A DNA stretch of 64,000 bases, taken from NCBI GenBank assembly GCA_030265395.1, contig JARFYF010000036.1, forward strand, positions 21,065,555 to 21,129,554, written 5' to 3'. The translations under genes and the position numbers were made by a program. The stretch comes from Rhina ancylostomus. Its lineage: Eukaryota. The notes under the pieces are model-generated. The model saw only the letters and a program-made list of their open reading frames with translations, was not told where the DNA came from and did not search any database. This document shows, piece by piece, positions 25,401 to 37,400 of this stretch (within the stretch, counting starts at the first letter, position 1; each line of letters opens with the position of its first letter).

Positions 25401-28400
25401 TGTGTAATTCGAAAGTCATTAACAAATAATATGCTGTGCTTTGACATTCATGCAGAATGCAACTGTTCATATGGTGCTTCCCATCAGCAACTATTATCTT
25501 GCCTGGTAGCAGTTTATAATTGTGGCACAAAGGTGTAAACCAGTAATTTTTAATGCAAGATAACTATGACAGAAGTGATAACAGAATAGTTTATCTTGTT
25601 CTCACTCCCTGTGATAACAGACTGTAGAGTAGACATTCAGGCCACCTTAAAGGAATAAGAACAACTTTAAAGGGATGAAGTTGAAATAGGGACAATATGA
25701 AGTTCTGCAAAATGTCACTGGATGCTTTGGGCTTCTATGTTAGTAACACTCCTTAAATATTGCGTTAATAACAAACTTACTTGAAGGGATGATTGGATCC
25801 TTTGTGCTTGAGCTTTCCTTTCATTCCCTTATGCTTAGAGGGAAAACTATAGAACACAAAGAGGATGGCAAAAACATTTTATTGGCAATGTGAGTAAGTA
25901 TTCCAATGATCAATCACAATTTTCAATATTATCATCAAATTCATTCCCCACAAAATGCATACCCAAAAAATATGCTTAAGAGGTTAAGGGTGCTAAGAAT
26001 AGTGACTTTTAGTGTAAACTCCAAGCTCTAAACCTGTTATTTGCACAATCTTTGGAAAAACATTAATAATTGTGACACCCCTCCCCCACCCCACCTTCAC
26101 CAATTTAACAAATCTCAGCCTTTGTCTGCAAGGTTGTGTACTTATAATAATTTTATCAGAAAACCTTGCTGAACGAATGATCAGTACTTGAGTACACACT
26201 GTTAGTACACAGATTGCCAAAGGAATAGGTAAACTTCCAATGCTTCTTTTTATTTAAAAAAATCACCAGCCTCACCAAAACAAACGACTATGAATACTTT
26301 GCTCATTTTTGCTCTAATTAGGAAAAAAACTACAAACATTATCTAGGCCTGAAAATGTACAGAACAATTCCACCAGCTGAAATGCATACAGTGGTCGCTG
26401 GTGACCTTTGATCCTAACCTTGTCCTGGAATGTGAGGTGAGGATAGGTCATCCAATCAGTAAGTGTGGGTAAGTTTCTGTGTTCTTTGAATGCTTGCCAG
26501 AAAAGGCTGGGCTGGGAGTGGGGGAGGTGCAGGAAAAGTGGCTAGTTGTGACTGCAATTGGCTTAGTAGTCATTTGATTAGGCCCCATAATAGTCTGTTT
26601 AAAGATGAGGCCATGTGCTAAAGAACCACTTCTGAGAAATGGCTCATACTGCAATTCTCTACTCTGACCACATCCTCTTGGACATCATAGGCCAGATTTG
26701 TTTCAGCTGAAATAAGCCCTGGCTGGAACCAGCATCATAGGTCTGAATCCACCATAACCAGGCTCTGGTTGACTTCATACCTCCCTTCTTGGAATCCAGG
26801 TAGGATTACACTGGAAGTGTACTGCTGCATTGGAAAGGTGTACGAGTCATTACTTAGTGGATGATAATAGTGGTGAACTCATCAGAAATGAATGGGACAT
26901 ATTCTCATAGGGAATAATGAAAAGTTGCAAAAGGGTGTCAACCCAAGCAACTCTTAACACCTCCCAGTTGTTTCTTATAGGCCAGCTTTGCCTGTCATCT
27001 TCTTAAAATGCCACATAATACCAATCAAAAATACCTACTAAAATGACATAAGTGGGAGAAGTATTAAATGAAAGTCCCATGCCACAGTATTTAATGGAAA
27101 CAAAATGTCAACCAATTGTTCAAAATGTCTTTTTAATTGAATATAATTGGGACATCTAGATGAAGGTTGGTGTATGCAAAGAAGACTATTCTAGTGACAC
27201 AATGAAGGAAGCTGCAATTCCAGAACAAACCTCATCCTTGAACAGTCACATTCTTCAGGTCTCTTTTTTTTCAAGTGACCCCTGACCTCTCGTAAGTTCT
27301 TTATTTTGGTTTGGAGGGTTTCAATCTAAGGACAGAGGTCAAGGGAGGATTACCTGCTTATATCATTAAACCACCATAATCAAGCTTTCATGTGGTGCAC
27401 ATTTAAAATACAATATTGTGTCTTGAATAGAATAAAAAAGCATTAAAAAGGTTATTAATCAAACCCACTCTTTCACATTGACAACATTGAGACTGGCCTG
27501 ATCAATACCTTACTTAAACAGAGCAGAGAAATAGCTCAAGGTTGTTTAATGAGGATAGTACTCTGCTATATTATTCACTGAAGGCTAAAGACAATCAAGC
27601 TAAATTTTAAGCCATTATTTTTATAATTACAATCCACATCATTCAATCCTGACCAACTAAAATCTACAGGCACCCACCCAATGGCCCCAGTAAGATTAAG
27701 TTAAAATGGTTCCAAACAGTACTTTAGTACTTTATCAATACTTAAGAACCATTAATCCTTTTCTTCACCAAGAATTAGTTGAGCCCCTATTAATATAGCA
27801 TTAACATGTAGCAGTAGCTACATNNNNNNNNNNNNNNNNNNNNNNNNNNNGGGATTCTCTTCAGAAGTCTATCTTGAGACTTGCCCATTTTAAACTTGCT
27901 TCCTGTAGCTTTCTGGTTCTAGTTAAAGCTTCCTGTATGATCAGAACTTTCCACTGAAATTGTTTACTATCTTAGAAATTCATGAAAATTTCTTACTAAA
28001 ATTAGTTTCAATTTAATTAATTGATAATTGTTTTTGATAATATACAAAATTCATTTTTATCTTAAGATTAGAATCTGCACAAAACATTTACAAAATACAA
28101 CGCAATGATTTAGAAATTTATAAAAAAAGTTGGCACAAAAATATTCCAAACTACATTATGCATGATAAGAATAATTTACTTTCAGAAATGATTCTGACAA
28201 CACTGAAAATATCTACATTTTACACTAGTAAACTTCAAAGTGAAATAAGTTACTACTTATTTTTCTATTACTAACCTCATGGTCGATGTGTAATTTGTGA
28301 TCCTTCCATGCTTGAAGTGATTTGTACAGATCGCCATCACAATGAACAGTGTCATTGGCCAATATGAAGCACCTGTGAAAACAACAGAACAACTATTTGT

Positions 28401-31400
28401 TTAATTCTTTGCTGTTTTTCAGCATATAAACTACATATAGTAACATAGTGATGTTTAGAAGCTCTATGAAAGTCAGTAGCATTGTCTCACAATAGGCCAC
28501 AGTATTTGGCTGGTAACCTGGAGGTCTGGATAGTTGGTCTGAAGATGCAAGTCCCGCAGCAGATTCAGTAACAAATGAAACAATTCTTTCTGATTTACCC
28601 TCAACATTTTTCATGATTTTGCAAACTGAGATCCTCTTTAATGCCTTCAGCTTCCATAAGGAAGGGAAAAAACACTTTCATCTTTTCTTCATAACATTAA
28701 CTTAATTCCAGTGAATCTTTGCTGTTCACTTTCCGTTGTCCAAATCCCTTATGACAATGTGTTGCCCAGATAGACATATAGATCTTTAATTTTGCCTCAG
28801 ACAATATCTTGTGGGAATACAATCCTCATGTTTGGGTTAAGTTGCGGTCTTTTCTCATATGAGAAGAAACATCCCCTCTGGTTTCCCCTACCCTTGTCTT
28901 CCATCCTCCAGTCCAATATAGATTTTGCAACTCCACCTCCTTTCACCCACCACTCCCTTCAACTCCCCATCCTCACAATTCCTTATTTCCTGAGAACTGT
29001 TTCCGTGGGTCCTGAGTAGTGGCATGAGTCCTGTCCAATGGAAATTAACATTTTCTCTCATTTTTGAATGGGAGCCAGTGTTGTGAAATGTGGATGAGAC
29101 ACTGCCATTGAACTCCTCTGAGGTGCTAGGCTGTGTGCTGCCCTCTTTAGCTTCTTGCCTCCAATTATTGGCCTGAGTTAAAATGGGGGCCTTATTTATC
29201 CACACTTTTTAATTCAAAGGCAATTCTTCCACTCACAATTTGTATACCTCTTAAATATCCTCTGGCATCAACATAACTTCCATCAAGAAAAATTGTTGAA
29301 GTAGATTTTCCATTACTATCACAGGTTAGGGGTCAGCTAACCCATGCAATATCTCTGAATCAGAATACAGATGTATTTTCTTGCATTGCCAGTTATTCAG
29401 AATGATATGTTAATTAAGTGTGAATGAAGGAATAGATATGTTAAAGATTGTACTAATAAATAGGGAAAAATGTGGCAACTTACTTATGTGTAACTTTAAT
29501 TGAAGTAGGTACAATTAATTCATTACTATTGCCAGTGCCACTGCTTTCACCCATGTTTTCTTCTTCCTCATCTGCCACATCATGTCGCTTTGTGATGTTC
29601 TTTGGCACAACTGGGTCAAATCCCTCATCTAGATCCAGATCATAAACTTCTCCCTCAAGTTCAATGGATACTGATCGGATTGACCTATTTCGTATGTAGC
29701 TTTGCTTAAATTCTGAAAGCAAAAATAAAAATATCAATGAGATTAAACTGAGAGATGCGCTTCTAAAGCTGTAAGGAACAAACATCATAAGCCACTGGCA
29801 CAACTGCAGACTGAGAGAAGTGTGGTAGGATTTGAAGACAGCTGCATCATGAGAGAGCATTGGCAGTGAAAGTATACTCAGTGGTTTACTGTATCTTCCT
29901 TAGTGGGACATGGCAGGTGTACAGTAGAGATAATTTGTGGCCCACAGGCCCAGAAATTGTCCAGAGGTTTAATGTCTCAACACATACTGTGAGACCAAGG
30001 CTCAGGGAATAGAGCAGCAAAGAGGGAGAGAGAGGTGTGATTTGCTAGTTTAATCGTATCCTTTTTTTGCTGACTCCTGTAGTTGTTGATTNNNNNNNNN
30101 NACATAGGACACATAATATTCACAATACTATTGTAAAATGGAGGCTCCACCTCTGGAGATCTGTCCTAGTACCTTTGGAGATACTAATTGCAAAAAAAAA
30201 ATTGAGTCAGTTGAAAGCGTTTAGAAAGGGTACTGAAGTATGGCCTTTCATTTCATTATGGGGTTAGCTAATTATAAACAGAGAGCAGGAGTTGGGAAGT
30301 TTTGAAAGTCTAAGTTCCCACCTAATTTTCAAAGCTAATGTGAATATGAAGCTTTGTTTGGTCAGTCCAGTAGGGAAGGAGAAATGCAAACTTTTGTATA
30401 AGATCAAAGGGAATGCTTCTATTTCAGCTATGGCAAGTAGGACTATCTTAAAATTAAGACCCTTCAGCCACAAAAATAGTGGAGATATGAAGTGTGACCT
30501 GGCCAGTTCTTGAGCACATCAGATTGTCAGTAGATTAATCCCTGGAATGGAAGTGAATACACACGAGGCTCAGCTTGCAGCATAGAGGGGAAGAAAGAAA
30601 GGGAAGGGTGTCCTTGTGTCAGTTCTCACATTAAGGCTTCTGTAATTTTTCAATGTTGTGTAATGGTATTTCATCACAGAATTAGGAAGTCTTGTCTTTT
30701 GTTATTTATTAACAGACCCTAGTCAGGACTTTGGCACAGCCAGTGGTAATCCAAACACCAGCCCACAGTAAACATGGCTAGGCAGGCAGTGGACATTAGT
30801 AAGAGAGTCACACAGCACAGAAATGGGCCCTTCGGCCCAACTCATCCATGCCGATCATGAAGCCTATTTACGCTAGTCCCATTTGCCTGCAATTGGCCCA
30901 TAAGCTTCCAAACCTTTTTCTACCCATGTACCTGTCCAGATGTCTTTTAAACATTGTAATTGAACCTGCCTCTAGCAGCTCGTTCCATGTACCCACCCCC
31001 TTTGTGTGGGAAATACTTGACCCTCAGATCTCCTTTAACTCTTTCCCTTCTCACCTTAAAACTATGCCCTCTCGTTTTAGACCCCTACCCTGGGAAAAGG
31101 ATCGTGGATGGAACCTGGCAAAAGTGATGGGCAAGGACAAATAAATGTTGCATATCTGCTCAGCTGATGGAACATTTCTAATATGATTCACATCCATAAT
31201 GTGCGGTATTCCAGAAAGGATCCACTGGTAGCTTCCATCAGATATGATTTTATCCTTGAGAATTTTTGACCTGTACTTTGTACAGGTGAGTGCTCAGGGC
31301 AGTATGTTTGGCAAAATGTAACCTGATTGAGAGAAGAAAATCAAATGGAAGTAAAGAGCGAGATAGTATCAAAGAAAGACAAACAGGAGCCAAAATAAAA

Positions 31401-34400
31401 ATATTTCAAAAGTGAACATTCAAAAGCAGAATAGATATTGAAAATATAGTAGCGTAAAAATAGAAGCAAAAAGGTGAGGAGAGGACTTTAACAATAGTAG
31501 ATTGTTAGTGATGATGAATAGTGATGCAGCAGTGGCATAAAAACGATTAGGTTGGAGGTTGCTGGAAAAAAAGCCACCAATCTCATGCATGAACATGGAG
31601 ACCCAAATATGCTGACTGCTCTTTGCCAGTGACTTCCTGGCTGTGTCCAACATTGGACTCCTCAAGAAGCCCAGGAGTGGAATATAAATATGCAGTAATT
31701 TTCCAGCATTTTACACTGGGGATACCAGTCTGTGGAACCTGCATTAGGGACCCTGGTATCTATTATTTAATAACAATTTTGTTAAATGAATTAAATTTAT
31801 TTTAAAGTTTTAGTTTTTAATTATTTCTGTTATTGTTTCATTGTTTTTTTTAAAGTTATGAATGTTAGTTTTCAACATGTTTGACTGCAGGGGGTGTGGC
31901 TCAGTCGGCTATGAAAGATTTTTTTTCAGTAGTTTCTCAAGTGGGGCTTGTTCTTCCTTTTAAACATCCTGTGCCCCAATCCTACACACCTCAGAAGCTT
32001 CTATAGTATTTCTTCCCCCAGCCCCATCCCATCATTTTCCCTGATAATATCATTACTTCACATCCCCCATGCAGGGGATTCACCATATAGGATTGCAATA
32101 GCTGGAGAAAGGAAGTTCACAACAGCTAATCTGCAAAAGTTACTTTGCACTTACTCCATAGGTCTGTGGTTAACACAGGTGGCTTGCCATTGGTAGCAGC
32201 TTCTGGACCATTACAAATAGTGAATGATGGAAAGAATAAAGTAAAATATTATGTGTAGATAGATGAGCCAGTCTTCCACTTTTTGAGGAAGGGCTGCTAC
32301 TTAAGGCATGCTTATTTTCAAATTCTTTTTTCTCATAAAGAATTGTTGAAAACATATTCTGTTCTGACATATAACTTGAGTTAACACTGCCATTTTAAAA
32401 GAAAACCCCTAGGTGTCACTAGAGGACAGGAAACCTGAGCCAAAACTGACCAACTGTATTTGTGCATTGAATATCCTATTTAATATTTTAAATTAAAATT
32501 AATGTAAATTAATTTAAATTAAAATTCCTATTTTAATAACCTGCAATGGTAAAGGAACATAATACTTTTTTCATTTTAACAAGGTCAATAATACAACATA
32601 GGTTATGTGCTGGTGTGAATTCTTGGGATAGGAGGACTGGATGGGAATCAGGTGATTGGTGAAGGGTCAACAGCAGGATAAGAGAGGAAGTGGAAAATGA
32701 GCAGGAGGATGTCTAAAGTTTCATAGGTGTAAAAGTAGAAAATAAGATGAAAGAGAAACCTAATAATTCCTGGTAGTCCTGACCCACAAGGAACCTATAC
32801 AGTGTAGTGGTTAGCATAACACTGTTACAGCACCAGCAACCCATGTTCAATTCTGCTGCTGTCTGTAAGGAGTTTGTATGTTTTCCTGTGACTGTGTGGG
32901 TTTCCTCTGGGTGCTCCAGTTTCCTCCCACATTCCAAAGACGTACGGGTTAGGAAGTTGTGGGCATGCNNNNNNNNNNNNNNNNNNNNNNNNNNNNNNNN
33001 NNNNNNNNNNNNNNNNNNNNNNNNNNNNNNNNNNNNNNNNNNNNNNNNNNNNNNNNNNNNNNNNNNNNGATCTGTGGTATGTTTGCCAAGCACCATGTAA
33101 TCTCAGCAGAGACTAGCAATAGACTAACAGATCTGACTGAGTTAACAGGAGGGCCTGATCCTTCTAACAGGGGTTGAATGATGGATAACAAGAATAACGT
33201 ACCATACTCTTCCTTCTTTAACAGAAAACACTGAGACCAGTTGCTGTTGCCCATCACTCAGCTCAATTAGCAAAGTCACCACAGACCAGGGATCAACTCA
33301 TGGGCCACAAGGTTCAACTAGTCACTAAAGAAACTACCTGGGCCATTAAATAAATGAAGTAGTCATCTAAACTAGACCGCCCAATCCTGATAGGAAATCT
33401 GCAGCAGTTTTAAGGTAACGGCTCATCACTACCTTCTTAATGCGAATTATTGACTTACGATATTATGCTAGGAATTATGACACATTAAAAACTGGTCGTA
33501 CTTGTGATGTCCATTTACCAAGAATGGAAAAAAAACAGTTTGCAGTTAGTGGAAAATATATCAATAAAAGCCTTAGAAGTGTGTTCAAACATTATTCTAC
33601 TAAATACATGGCTCCAAATTCTGCATGCTGACGTTTAGTTTTGGCTATGGAAGGAAACGCAATGCAAACAGAATTGAGACATTATTAATATAATAAGGAT
33701 GTTGGTTCCTGTGTTTTGGCTGGTTCCTCAAGGACAAAATGAGCCAAGTCACAAGTGTTATGCACAGGAGAAAGCAATTGTTTTGCAAATAATGAGAAGC
33801 AACTTCTTGCAGTTCCATTGGTTCACTCTACACCAATAGGCTTGTATTTATTGTCTGGTTAGATCTGACAGGAGCAGTGATTGCTTAATATCTACAGTTG
33901 TCATTTACCTGCTGGGTGCTGCTACCCTCTAACACCTTCGATAAGATTCCTTATCCACATGTGGGTTCGACAGTATCCGCAGTCTACCTGCTGGTCATCT
34001 GGTCTTCAGTCTACATCCATTCACTTGCACTTCCAGCACAGGTCACTGAATAAACATCAGGAGCAGGATTCCCCCCACAATTTCCCCTACTTAACTCGAG
34101 AAAGCCTTGACTAATTGTACTGCTTCCAGAGATTGCCAACTTCATCATAACTGATTCAAATCTGAGATCTTGCTTGCAGGTACTGCTTAAGTTACCCAGG
34201 GTAAAATTGCACTATAATCATATTGTGGGAAAAACGCACCAAAACAGAGAAAATGTTGATGTCTGCAGCTGTGGTTTCAGCATGGCGCACCTGTGAATAA
34301 CATGCCCACATGTTATGAAAAAGATTCAAAATTATAAATGAGCTGGCAGAGAGAAGCTGGAAGCAGATTGTTCCCAGTAGATGTCCCAAAACGCAGAGCC

Positions 34401-37400
34401 TTGGAAGAAGACTAAATATAAAAGGTCTGCATCAGAGACCAAGAGAAACATTTTTACTTGGCGAGTTCTGAGGTTAATAGACTACTGCTCAAAAATGGAT
34501 TGAACAGACTGATGAAGGGATATTGGATAAATGGATACAGAAGCACTGTGGGTAAGTGCTCCCTCAGGTATGGCTAAATGTGACTGTGTCTGTACTTTTA
34601 GGTGCTAGATAGTGCAATTATGACTGTATCCTCAGATACAAGTAAATGTGACTGTGATTGTGTAATTATGACCCAACCTCCAGCTACAGGTAATTGTGAC
34701 CATGATCATGTAATTCTAACTGTACCTCCAGGTACAGGTAAATGTTGTTTTGGCTGTACCCTCTGAGCCAGGCAAAGGTAATTATGGCTGTACCCTCACA
34801 TGGGGTAAATATGATCCTAATTGTACCCTCAGGTGTAATCATGACTGGGGTTACATGTAATTATGACTGTACCCAGGTGGGGTTAAGTATAATTACTGTA
34901 CTCTCAGATGGTGATGAATGTGGTTAGGACTGGACTGTCAAATGGTTGCAGATGTCAATTCAACTCTATTGGTATTGGTGTATTATTGTCACGTGTACTG
35001 AGATACAGTGAGAAGCTTTTTTTTGCATGCCATCCAGACAGATTATTCCATTCATTTTTGTACATCAAGGTAGTACAAAGGGAGACAAAAAACAGAATGC
35101 ACAATATAGTGTTACAGTTACAGAAAAAGTTCAGTGCAGGTAGACAAATAAAGTGCAAGGGCCATGATGAAGTAGATTGAGAGATCAAGAGTTCATCTTT
35201 TTCACATAAGATGTCTGTTCAAAAGTCCTATAACAGTGGGATAGAAGCTGTCCTTGACCCCAGCGGTATGTGTTCTCAAGCTTTTGTATCTTCTGCCTGA
35301 TGGAAGGGGGCAGAAGAGAGAATGACTGTGGTGGGAGGGGTCCTTGATTACATTGGCTACTTTTCTGAGGTAGTGGCAAGTACTGTATAGACAATGGAGG
35401 GGAGGCTGGTTTTCATGATGGACCGGGCTGCGTTCACAACTCTCTGCAATTTTTTGAGATCTTGGGCAGAGCATTTGCCATGTCAAGTGGTGATGCATCT
35501 AGATAGGATGCTTTCTATGGTGTGTCTGTCAAAATTGCTGAGGGTCTTCGGGGACGTGTTTAATTTCCTTAGTCTTCTGAGGAAGCAGAGGCTCTGGAGT
35601 GCTATCTGGGTGCAAAACTGTATCCTTAATGACAGGCAGGGCTGGATAGGCCTTATTATAACCTTTGCAAATGTAATGGGAAAAGAGTCAGTGCGGGTTC
35701 AAGTGGGAATGAAGCCAAATGATAGGATTAGGCTGCAGAGGGGAAGAGTCTTTCTACAAAGGGAAGTGTTCAGTGGTTGGGAGGGAGAACAGGTTGCAGG
35801 TAGAGAAGAAAAAAACGACTGGTGCCAAATGCTAATACCTTTCCTCTGAATTCTAGCCTACAGATGTACTTTAAATTAGAGTTGCTTGGGAACAACAACA
35901 CCTTGCACATATGTGGCATCTCTGATGCATCTTTGATGCCAAGATATTTTGTGGCAGTGTTGAAACAAAAGTTGAGAGTGAGTCACATAAAGAGATATTA
36001 GGACCAAAAGGATCAATGGAGTAAGCTTTAAGGACCATAAGATATTTACTTATTAGTCACATGTACATTGAAACACACAGTGAAATACGTCTTTTTGTGT
36101 TGCTAAGAATGTGCTGGGGGTAGCCCACAAGTATCATCACTCTTCCATCGCCAACGTAGCATGCCCACAGCTCCTAACCGGTAAGTCTTTGGAATGTGGG
36201 AGGAAACCGGAGCACCCAGAGGAACCCACGCAAACACACAGGGAGAATGTACAAACTCCTTACAGATGGCGGTGGGAATTGAACCCAGGTCGCTGGCATT
36301 GTATAGCATTACGCTAACCGCTATGCTACTGTGCCGCCATGTTAAAGCAGGAAGGAGCAGTCAGGGTGGGGCAGGATGCAAGAGGTAGGGGAAGGAGGTT
36401 GGAGTAGGTGTGAGGAGTTGTTTCTAAAACATGAATGCTGCAAATCTAGAATAAGACCAGAAAGTCCAGAATATGTACTTGAGGATGTGAGGAGCAGAAA
36501 GATTGACAAAGGAAAGAAATTGGGGTCAGTATTACAGACACTTTCAAAACATGGCATGTAAAGCTGCACTGATTCAGTCACCCCACTGGAGTGAGTGTTT
36601 TGATGGAGCTGGAATAGCAGGTGCACTGCCTGGCATGGTGCATACAGCACAGAAATGGGCCAGCTTCCTACATTCAAATGCTCATTATGCTTCCTGTAAC
36701 ACTTCACTGGCTCCAAAGCACTTTGGCATGTCCAGAGGTTGCGAAAGACTCTACAGAAGTGCTAGTCTCTCCTTTTTTGACTTTGCCTTATTTCAGTGTG
36801 TGTGCTTCACATGTCTCCTCTTCCCCTCCTTCATCAAACCTTATTAGTATGCTCCTCTGTTACTTTCTGCTTCCTGTACGGGCAGGCATGGTGGTCTCGC
36901 GGTTTGCGTAACGCTATTACAGCGCCAGCAACCCGGGTTCAATTCTGGCCACTGTCTGTAAGGGGTTTGTATGTTCTCCCCATGTCTATGTGGGTTTCCT
37001 CCGGATGCTCCAGTTTCCTCCCACATTCCAAAGACGTACGGGTTAGGAAGTTGTGGGCATGCTATGTTGGCGCCAGAAGTGTGGTGATTCTTATGGGCTG
37101 CCCCCAGCACATTCTCAGACTGTGTTGGCTGTTAACACAAAAAAGATGCAGTTCACTGTGTGTTTTGAGGTACACGTGACTAATAAATAAATATTATTAA
37201 ATGTATGTAGGACTTCCTAAAGCAAAGTGGGTCTGATGCGTCAGATACTTTGTGTTTATTGGTCAGGTCCTTTCAACAGGACGCAGCTTTGCCATTTTGA
37301 TTAGGTTTCCACTCCTTCAGGGCTAGTGCCTTCAACGCTTGAATTCAGGCAAGATTTGGGGGTGAGGGCGAGGGGCAAGGACACTTCCACCATCTTAATT

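Noticed and set aside
26505-26530. G-quadruplex
   Set aside because: Only three G3+ tracts; the fourth is GG.
32800-32860. tRNA gene (A/B-box-like sequence; also 36880 and 63090)
   Set aside because: These are tRNA-derived SINE heads followed by the V-domain; I could not fold a full cloverleaf.
34555-34910. CRISPR-like array
   Set aside because: Units are degenerate and abutting with no unique spacers; the context is eukaryotic with no cas genes.
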